A DNA stretch of 64,000 bases from the human T2T-CHM13v2.0 reference genome, Homo sapiens. The DNA lies in the NCBI RefSeq assembly GCF_009914755.1, contig NC_060925.1; one strand, 5' to 3'. The notes beneath the pieces are model-generated. The model was not told where the DNA came from. It did no database searches and saw only the letters and a list, made by a program, of their open reading frames with translations. Shown one piece after another: positions 49,653 through 64,000 of this stretch (position 1 is the first letter of the stretch; every line of letters starts with the position of its first letter). Made by a program: the position numbers and the translations under genes.

Positions 49653-49689
49653 GCATATGTGTGTATACATATATACACATATATATATA
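49600..49689. repeat. Alternating purine-pyrimidine microsatellite (TA/TG/CA), 90 nt
   Basis: Uninterrupted RY alternation, including a (TG)n run. Confidence 0.95.
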
Positions 49690-49851
49690 GTAATGAAGTC
49701 CAATTTACCCATTTTTTCCCTCTTATAAGCTTTTAGTGTCCTCTCTCAGAAATTTTTTCCTATCCCAAGATTTTCTCCTATATTTTCCCCAAGTTTAATA
49801 GTTGTAGCTTTTGCATTTAAGTCATCTCTGATCTAAGATAAATTTGTGTAT
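49690..49851 (+). repeat. Inserted copy of 48636-48801
   Basis: GTAATGAAGTCCAATTTA...GATCTAAGATAAATTTGTGTAT, flanked by TA repeats. Confidence 0.95.
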
Positions 49852-50361
49852 ATATATATATACACCAACACATGATCATGGTAGCTCATTCCATGTCTTA
49901 ATTTTGTTAATTTCTCTCCAATTATTTGCCATTTTCAATGTATAGATCTTATAAATATTTTATTAATGTATCCTTAAATATTTCATGTTTTTGGATAGAA
50001 TTGCGAGTCATATAAGTTTTCTAAAACCCATTTCAAAATGTTGTTTGCTATTATATTGTAACACAATTGATTTTTGTATATTGATCTCATGGCCCATGAC
50101 CTTGCTAATTTCACTTGTCACATCTATTAGCTTTTTGGTGGATTATGTTGGATCTACCAAGAAACAAACTACTAAATATTTTGTAAAACAAAAAAAGTTT
50201 TATTTCCTCCTTTCTAATCTGCATGTGTTTTCTTTCCTCCTAACCTTACTGTACTAAGACTAGCAGTATAACATTGAATAGAACTTGCGCAAGTGAACAT
50301 CCTTACATCATTTCCAATCTTAGAGTGAAAGTATTCCCCCATTAAATACGGTAGGTATTGC

Positions 50362-50679
50362 TTTTTCTTTTTCTTTTTCTTTTTTTTTTTTTTTTTTGAG
50401 ATGGAGTCACGCTCTGTTGCTCAGGCTGGAGTGCAGTGGCGCAATCTCCGCTCACTGCAACTTCTGCCTCATGGGTTCAAGCAATTCTCTGCCTCAGCCT
50501 CCTGAGTAGCTGAGATTACAGACGCCCACCACCATGCCCAGCTAATTTTTTTGTATTTTTAGTAGAGACAGGGTTTCACCATCTTGGCCAGGTTGGTGTT
50601 GAACTCCTGACATTGTGATCCACCCGCCTTGGCTTCCCAAAGTGCTGGGATTACAGGCATGAGCCACCACGCCCAGCCT
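50362..50679 (-). mobile_element. AluS
   Basis: TSD-like TAG(G/C)TATTGCTTTTTC. Confidence 0.93.
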
Positions 50680-51588
50680 AGCTATTGCTTTTTCATAGAG
50701 TCCTTCTATCAGGCTGGGGAAATTCTTCTCTATTCCCAGTTTGCTAAGTTAGTTTGCTTTTGCTTTGAAAAAAAACTTATTTTTATGAAAGACTCATTTA
50801 CATATATAAAATACACCAATATTCCAGTTGCACAATATTCCAATAAGCACAAACACAATTCTAATACACACATTTCTATGACTCCCAAAAGTTTCTTTGT
50901 GTCCCTATTGGAGTCAGTCTCCTCCATTACTCCTTGGCAACCCACTGACTGGATTTCTGTAAGTTATAGCTTTGGTTTTTCCACATTTCATAAATGTGGA
51001 ATCACACAGTGATGTAGTCTTTGTGCCTGTCATCATTAACTTAAGTATTGTATCTATCAGTAGTTTGCTGCTTTTCATTTGGAGTAGCATTCCATTGTAT
51101 AGATATATCACAATTTGCTTATCATTCACTAGTTGACGGACATTTGGGTTGCATCTGGGTTTTGTCTACTATAAATAAAGCTCCAATAAAAATTCAAGTA
51201 CAAATCTTTGTGAGAACATGTTTTCATTCCCCTTTGGAAAATATATAAGAGTTGAGATTGTATGTTAAGTGTCTACTTAATTTTCTAAGCAGCTGCCGCT
51301 GTTTTCCAGAGTGGCTATACTACTTTGCCTTCCTACCTTGCTGATAGATTTTTATCATGAATGTATGCTAAATTTTATTAAATGCTTTTCCAGGACCTTA
51401 TTCACCTGATTGTATATGTTTTCTTAGTTTTGTTAATGAAATTAGTTACATTGGTTGATGTTCCAATGTTGCACCATCCACGTACTCCTGAGATAAATCC
51501 CAATGATGATGCATAACTCTTTTTGTTCTTTTTTTTTGTCTTCTTTTTCCCATCCTTCCCTCTTCTTTCTTTTTTAAGTAACAGCTTT

Positions 51589-51912
<324 letters not shown>

Positions 51913-52201
51913 TTATATGGTACCATACCATATAACATAAAATTCACCCTTTTAAAATGTATTATTCATGTACTATTCTTTTTATTTACTGTGAAATTCA
52001 ATTTGGTAAAATGTGTTAAAATTTTTAACATGTATTTCATAAAGGATATTGGTCTGTAGCTTTTTGGGTTTTTTCCCCAATGTCTCGGACCAATTTTGGT
52101 ATAAATGTAACAGCAGCCTCATAAAATGAGTTGGAAAAGAATATGAAGAGGATTAGAATTAGTTTACCTTAAATATCTGGTAGTGTTTGGCAATGTAATA
52201 A

Positions 52202-52475
<274 letters not shown>

Positions 52476-52764
52476 ATGTTATGGCAGGATTTTTAATTGC
52501 AAGTTCAATTTTTAAAATTATATTTGGGCTTTTCTAGTTTTCTATTTCTCTTGGATCAATTTGGTAATTTTAACCTTTCAAGCAACTTGTCCATTTCAGC
52601 CTAGTGTTGCAGAATTTATCGGCCCAAAGTCATTCACATTTCCTTTTCATCTTTTAACTGTCTGTATGATTTGTAATGATGTCCTCTTATTAATTACTGG
52701 CACTGTTAATTCATATCTAGTCTCTTTTTCTCTTGATCAGTCTAGCTAGGAGTTTATCAGCTGA

Positions 52765-53067
<303 letters not shown>

Positions 53068-53856
53068 TAATTGATCTTTTCAAAGAGTCAGCATTTGGTT
53101 TCAATAATTTTTCCTAATTTGTCTTTTATTTCATTGATTTTTTCTTATCTTTACTATGTCATTTAATCTACTTGGATTTAATTTGCTCTTCTTTTTCTAT
53201 CTTCTTCAGGTAGATGATTATTTCATTGACATTGGACCGCCTTTTAAATATAAGCATTTAAACTATGAATTCTCCTCTAAGCACTGTTTAACTGAATCCC
53301 ACAAATTTAATATGCTATGTTTTCATTTTAATTTAGTTTAAAATGTTACCAATCTTTTCTGATTTCTTCTTTGACTCATGAATTTAAAAAAATAGTATGT
53401 TTTTTATTTCAAATATTTGAAGAGCTTCAGGCCACTGTGTTAGTGATACATAATTTAATTATGTTTGGTTAGTGATAATATTAATTACAATCATCTAATG
53501 TGTATTGAGACAATAAATAAATATTTATGGTCCAGGTTATAGTCTATTTTTGTAAATGCATCATGCACACTTGAAAGGAATATGTATCCTGCTATTATTG
53601 GGTGAAGTGTCTACAAATTTAAATTAGGCAAAGTTGATTAATCATGTTGGCCAAATCTACATTCTTACCTATCATTTTTCTGTAAACCACTGAGAAAGGA
53701 AAATGAAATCTCTACCTGTGTGTCAGCTTTGGCTTTGCGTATTTTGAAACTGTTACCAGGCACATACACATTTAGGATCATTCTGTCTTCTGGATGAAAT
53801 GACCTTTTAATTATTACAGAATCTCTTTTTTTAGTCCTGATAATATTCCTTGTTCT

Positions 53857-54204
<348 letters not shown>

Positions 54205-54305
54205 TTATGTTTAGTGTTTGGATGGCAAATATTTTTATGCTTGTTTAGTGGAAGAATGTTAAAAGTAGATCAACCTATTGTTCTCATTTAAAATATAATT
54301 CTTGG

Positions 54306-54613
54306 GCCAGGCACGGTGGCTCACACCTGTAATCCCAGCACTTTGGGAGGCCGACGCGGGGGGATCACAAAGTCAGGAGTTTGAGACCAGCTTGGCCAAT
54401 ACGGTGAAACCCCGTCTCTACTAAAAATACAAAAATTAGCCAGGCGTAGGGGCATATGCCTGTAATCCCAGCTACTCAGGAGGCTGAGGCAGAAGAGTCA
54501 CTTGAACCCGGGAGGCAGAGGTTGCAGTGAGCCAAGATCACGCCACTGCACTCCAGCCTGGGCGACAGAGTGAGACTCCATCTAAAAAATAATAATAATA
54601 AAATAAAATAAAA
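54306..54613 (+). mobile_element. AluS
   Basis: Dimer with (TAAAA) tail; TSD-like AATTCTTG. Confidence 0.93.
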
Positions 54614-54695
54614 TTCTTGTAGTCAGTTGAATCTTGTTTTTTAAAGTTCATTTTTAATAATCTTTTCCTTTTAATGTAATTCATACTTACTGTAA

Positions 54696-55171
<476 letters not shown>

Positions 55172-55504
55172 TTACAACATGCATTATTAACCTAACAGAT
55201 TACCTTTGATTAACAGTATACAACTTCATTTATAATGTAGGATCACTAATGGTACACTTCCATTCTGGTTTTTTTTTTGTGTGCTACTGTTCTTAAACAT
55301 TTTACTTCTACATGTTAAAAATTCCATATTGCTTATTAATTTTTTTCCTAAAATTTATCTTTTAATGGGAACTGTTTAATGGGAACAGTTTCTATTGCTG
55401 TATCTTTAAATTCACTGATCTTTTCTTGGGCATTGTCTAAGCTGTTATTTATCCCATCCAGTAAAATTTGTACTTCAGATAGATACTATATTATTTATCT
55501 CTAG

Positions 55505-55825
<321 letters not shown>

Positions 55826-57335
55826 CCACTCCCACCCTGCCATGATACTTTGTTCTCTTTTATATATTTTATTATTTCCTCTTATGTTTTCACTTAAGTC
55901 CTTGAGCACTTTCATAGCATTTATAAAAGCTACTTTAAAGTCCATGTCTGCCAATTTCATTATCTAAGTAACTTCCATGTCTGTTTCTTTTGACTGACTT
56001 CTTTTCTGGTTATGGGTCAGATTTTCCTGCTTGTTCGTATGTGCAGTAACTTTTAATTGGATGCTGGACTTTGTTTTTAGAGGCAGTTACCTATTAATCA
56101 GCTTATTCCTTATTCAGGCTTCTTTTTAAGCTTTTAAAAAGTCCTGGAGTAGCCTTCATTCTAGGGCCAATTTATCCACTCCACTAAGGTGTTAACTCTT
56201 CTGAAGATAGCTACTGAATGCCCTGTGTATTCACTGAGGTGTCTCTACAATGTGTAGTTGGAAGAAACTTGAAGCAGTTTTAGTTTTGTGTAAACTCTGG
56301 GGATTGTTTACCTTATAGCTCCAGTTAACTACTCTTTTTCCTAACAATTTCTCTTTGCTTAGCCTTCTGGATTTTCACCCTATGCATGCACAGAGACTGG
56401 TATTCAGCTAAAGACTTGGGGAACCCCATGCAGATTTCTGGAGATTTTTCTCTGCTGGTAGTCTGCTTTGCAAAATATAGCCGCTGGAGCCTCCCAAAAC
56501 TCCAATCTCTGTCCCTTCAACTCAGCGAAATTACCAAGTTCTGTTTTACTTTCCCTTTCCTGCTATGGGATCCAGAAGTTGCCTCCAGGCAGAATTTAAG
56601 ACTCTCATAGAACTCTTGTTTCCTTCTTCAGAGTCCTGTTGGCTAATATCTGAAAACAGTTGTTTCATGTATTTTATCCTGTCTTGCAGTTGTTTACAGA
56701 GAGGGGGAAAATCCCAAAGCAGTTATCCCTTCATGGGCAGAAGCAGCAGTCTACAGGTTTGGGATTTTAATAAACTGAAATCAAGACCCACAGCATCAGG
56801 TCTTAGTGCTTGTAAGTTTCCAACTGGGGCTGTCTTGCTTCCATGTGTTCTTCTTCATATTTACTGAGCAAACATTTCCCTTGAGTGCTTCATCCACATT
56901 CCCAAACTTCTCACTCTTGTTCAGAATAGAATTCATTTCACAACTTTTCTTTTCTTTTAAACCCAAACTTTCTTCTACTGCTTTCAAAGCTGTTCTTTCC
57001 ATCTGTTTAGTCTTTGCCTGTGTTATTTGCAAAAGACTCTATATGTTGACAAGGGCAATGAACCCTCTGAAGCTACTGAGTCTCACCACCATCAGAAGCA
57101 ACATTATCCATGACCTTCCCAAATAATGAAAAAGTCAGTGAAAATGTCCAAAGATTGCCTGAATCTGTCTGCCCTAGGACAGGCTAACAAAGTAATTTAA
57201 ATAGCATAAGATGACCCTGAAGCTATTCAAAGAATGCTTCTGATTCTGCATGTGTATGCAATATAAAGAAGGTGCTTACTCAAGGGAAAGAGAGTTAATG
57301 TTTGTTGAATGCCTACTAAATGCCAGACATTACAC

Positions 57336-57885
57336 CAGGGGTTGGCAAACTTTCTCCGTAAAGGGCCAGACAGTAGATATTTCAGGTTTTGTGGGCCACA
57401 TGGTCTTTGTTTGCAACTATATATCCCTGCTTATAGTGTGACAGCAGCTGTGGCACAGTACATTAAGAAATCAATGTGGCCAGGCGCTATGGCTCATGCC
57501 TATAATCCCAGCATTTGGGGAGGCCGAAGGCGGGGAGAACCTGAGGTCAGGAGTTTGAGACCAGCCTGGCCAACATGGTGAAACCCCGTCTCTACTAAAA
57601 ATACAAAAATTAGCCAGGCGTGGTGGCACCTGCCTGTAGTCCCAGCTACTCTACTCGGGAGGCTGAGGAAGGAGAATCTCTTGAACCCAGGAGGCGGAGG
57701 TTGCGGTGAGCTGAGATCACGCCACTGCAGTCCAGCCTGGGGGACAGAGTGAGACTCCGTCTAAAAAAAGAAAAAAAAAAGGAAGAAAAAAAATAAATCG
57801 GTGTGAATGTGTCCCAAGAAAATACTATTGACAAAAACAGATGCTGAGTGAGATTTGGGCTCACAGTCATAACTGTCAACCCCTG
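57336..57885 (+). mobile_element. MER58A (hAT-Charlie MITE) split by an Alu
   Basis: CAGGGGTTGGCAAAC...GTCAACCCCTG TIRs; 8-bp TSD CATTACAC/CATTATAT. Confidence 0.88.
57478..57796 (+). mobile_element. AluS nested in MER58A
   Basis: Dimer; TSD-like AAATC(AA/GG)TGT. Confidence 0.93.
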
Positions 57886-57908
57886 CATTATATTATGTGC
57901 TTTACATA

Positions 57909-57988
57909 TTAGATATAATTGTATGAAACTTCTAATCTGCAACCATTTTTGTCCCTAAAAAATGGCAACTTCATATGGTCCCACCTAA
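57909..57988. mobile_element. MADE2 mariner MITE (80 bp)
   Basis: TA-flanked imperfect palindrome ending AATGGCAACTTCATATGGTCCCACCTAA. Confidence 0.75.
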
Positions 57989-58743
57989 TAATATGTTAAC
58001 CCATGTAATCTTCACAATAGGTTTTCAAGTGTGTTAATATCATCTCCATTTTGTAGATAAAGAAACTGAAGCTCAAACATTAAGTAACATCTAAATAATA
58101 GTAATGTTAGGATTCAACAAACTTGGACTGGTTTGCTCAATTGCATTCTCCTCCACCTCCATTTCCTCTGCCTCCCACCCATACATATATACACACACAC
58201 ACATTGGTAAAAATCGGCTCACAATGTAGCTCTGCACACTCCTAAATCTGTTATTCTACTTGCTGCTATAAAATGCTTAGTTTTGATAACTTAATTTTTA
58301 TTAGAAATAAATGATTCTCAAAATGTTTATCCAATTACTATACTCATACAAATCGATCCTTTAGTTGTTTATTGCCATAGATGTCAACTTTGTGGAGCAC
58401 TGAACAATTTAAATAAATGAATGCAATTTAAATAAATGCCTAAAACACTCTTTGATATAAATGTGAAGACATTTCTTACTTCCAATGCTTATAATTTACA
58501 AAAGGAGGAATACAAGTATACAAATTAAAACATAATCAAATGTCCCTTTCACTGAGAAGTCATTTTTTCACTACCACTAACTGTTAGCAAAATTGGTTGT
58601 TCCCTCTTCTATGATCCCATTGCATTTATATACTTCAGTTGTCATTGTTTATATATGTCTCCCACCAAACTCATCAATCTCTGAGAAGCAAGATCTTATC
58701 ATTGCAACTTTAAGGGCCAGCACAGTTACTGGCCTGTAAGAGT

Positions 58744-59489
<746 letters not shown>

Positions 59490-59912
59490 GAGTTGTTCCA
59501 CAAATGTCAAGTGAATGAATAGATAGATTAAAACAATAAATAAAACACAGTAATAGCCAAAAGTCAACCATGTTAAGGCATTCTTTCTAGTACATACTAC
59601 TTCAGTCTTCAAAATAAACCTAGCAGTAAGTATTCTTGTAACTACTGACTCTTTAATCTTCACAATAACTCTACGAGTTATTGTTCGACAGTTACGGAGA
59701 CTGAGATCCATAGACATTAAGTTGCTTGTGGTGACCCAGATGAAGCCAGAGAGGAGGAAGGAAGGGAGAAATGAAGGAAACAAATAACAAAATAAGAAAA
59801 AAGTGAAAAAAACTTAAGTAGAAGAAGAGAACTATAAATGCATTTCTAAGAGGGTTGGAGAAGGCAGCACGGGAAGAAGGGCATAGGCAGGGTTTCTCAA
59901 AGAAAAGGTCTT

Positions 59913-60231
<319 letters not shown>

Positions 60232-60549
60232 AGGTCTTCAAGGAAGGAGATAATTGTTGTAGGTATTCTAGGTGGAAGGAAGAGTATGATTAAATGACAG
60301 AGTGGGAGAGTACCAAGTATATTCGAAAAATAGTAAGATAAGTATTTAGCTAAAGCTGAGACACATATGGTGTAATATTCAATCATTCATTCAACAAATA
60401 TTTATCAAGTATTTACTCAGAGCCTGTATGGGAAAACAAACCTGGAAGGGAAGTTTCAGACTAAAGAATGAAGGGTTTTGAATGCCAGCATAAAAATCTG
60501 TACATAAAGGAGCCATTGAAAATAAGTAAGCAAGGCTGAATGTGATTCA

Positions 60550-60866
<317 letters not shown>

Positions 60867-60875
60867 GTTAGGGGG

Positions 60876-61385
<510 letters not shown>

Positions 61386-61597
61386 CTTTTTATTTTATAT
61401 AAAAGCCACTGTGTAATGGTTTTACTTGTAAATTATTTCACATTCTCAATGTGAAAATATTTAATAAGTAGCTTTCTGAATCCTAACACACGCCCAAAGA
61501 GCTTTGATTCTAAAATTCCTAGTTTCTCAATTCTGAGTGAATATTTTGTGGCCAATGACAGAAATACAGAAGAGCATTAGTAATCAAGAAAGAAAAG

Positions 61598-62613
<1,016 letters not shown>

Positions 62614-63209
62614 TTATTAAATCCAGGAATTTAAAAAGAACTACATGTATTCATATTGTCTGCATTGTAATAAGGTATCTAAACATAATTCACAGTGTTA
62701 AAATTATTTCTCCTATCTAGAAACCAAGAGCTTCCTTGTTAAAGTGTAAAATGAGATTTTGCCTACTTGTAACTCCTTGTTCTCACAGCTGAACTGTCAC
62801 AGCATGAAAACATTTTCCTACTGGTAAAGCTTTAGATACCTATTTCCCTGATCAAAGAGTACAAAAGGAACGGAGTTACTGACAATTCATACAGTATCCC
62901 ACACCCTATTCGAGTACAACCACAAGCAAAGAAAATACGTTAACTCTGAAGGGAGATGGGCAACAATGTTGTAAATGAGTGTTGACTTCACTGAGTAACC
63001 TGAAAATGCCCAAGACTGAAGTCTATTAGGTTCATAAGAGACTCAAGATTATAAAAGAATTGATTACAAGAGGTCTATTTCTTTCTCCTGTTGGGTGAGT
63101 CAAAGGTTAATGAGAAGTATACTGAACAAAACATCTCTTGTGTTACTGCAAAGTATTTCTCATGCAGGATAAAAATGTAAGTGAAAAAGTATTTTAATCT
63201 AGTTAATTA

Positions 63210-63360
63210 ACTTCTTTTTTAAAAAAATAGCTTCACTGAGGCATAATTTATATGCCATAAAATTCACTCATTTTAAATGTTCAATTATTTTTTAAAACTT
63301 TAGAGATGTGCAACCTTTACCACAATCTAATTTTTAGAACATTTTCATCACCCCAAATCC
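63210..63360 (-). mobile_element. L1M 3'-end fragment
   Basis: agcttcactgaggcataattta...aaaattcactcattttaaatg...tagaacattttcatcacccca. Confidence 0.75.
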
Positions 63361-64000
63361 ATTAATTTCTTGATCTATGGTATTTTCGTAAATTCACAGA
63401 ATCCAATGATATCTAAGGCTACTGTATATTTAAAGCCACACAAATTTCTTCAACTGAGCAATAAAAGTACAAAATGACCTCACTTTTAATGACCTTTATA
63501 ACCAATCCTCTACTCTGGCACTAGGAAGCAAATGTTCAGGTGCTTTCTCTGAAAGTTAAACCATTCTAAGTATTAAGTTATGGCACACTGTCTTGGAAAG
63601 AAATTAATTATATTTTTGTTGGTAACACATTTCAGGCTGTTTACACAGCTGACATTTCTCAGCTGTACCCAATTCATGCCCTAAGCTGTGAGGACTATTT
63701 TGTTTTGTAGCAGATGCCTCCACTTGAATGATTTCAGTAAGTATAAAAACACCACCGCCTGCAACAAATATAGACTACAAGTACCAGTTTTATGAGTTTT
63801 TATACTCCTAATGAAAAAGGTTTTACGACATATTATTTGGCCAGGATCTCCTCAGAATACTAGTTATAAGCCATTTTTGGCTAAATTCAAGCACTGGAGC
63901 TAGTGAATCTGCTGTGGCATCAGTTAAAAGCAGCCTGGCCCTAAACATCTTTGTTGTATCAAATCATGCAAGCTCAAGGCAACACCCTGCCAATGCCGCA

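Overview
Primate (almost certainly human) intronic DNA from the FAF1 gene (Fas-associated factor 1, a p97/VCP UBX cofactor), transcribed on the minus strand. The window holds one constitutive coding exon: 8051-8146 (-), 96 nt, phase 0-0, encoding MCLAESGLSYPCHRLTVGRRSSPAQTREQSEE. I recognise this as roughly residues 249-280 of FAF1, probably exon 9. The rest is intron, mostly the very long upstream intron. It contains about 50 Alu copies or fragments, a near full-length old L1PA15/16-like element, older L1M and L2/MIR fragments, two ERV1 solo LTRs (MER66-like, MER57A1-like) and several DNA-transposon fossils (Charlie1a, Tigger4a, MER44/Tigger7, MER58A, MADE2). Nearly all ORFs in the track are Alu, L1 or low-complexity artefacts. 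I found no prokaryote-type or novel multi-gene system. The best leads are: a candidate 160-nt stop-containing (poison) cassette exon at 24490-24649 inside a repeat-poor island; a repeat-free block near 45.2-46.5 kb that looks like a deeply conserved enhancer (possibly uc.24, from memory); a roughly 162-bp templated insertion inside an alternating purine-pyrimidine microsatellite at 49.6-49.9 kb; a tiny poly(A)-tailed, U7-like retrocopy; and a CTCF-like site. Repeat boundaries and subfamily names were assigned by eye from remembered consensus sequences and are approximate.
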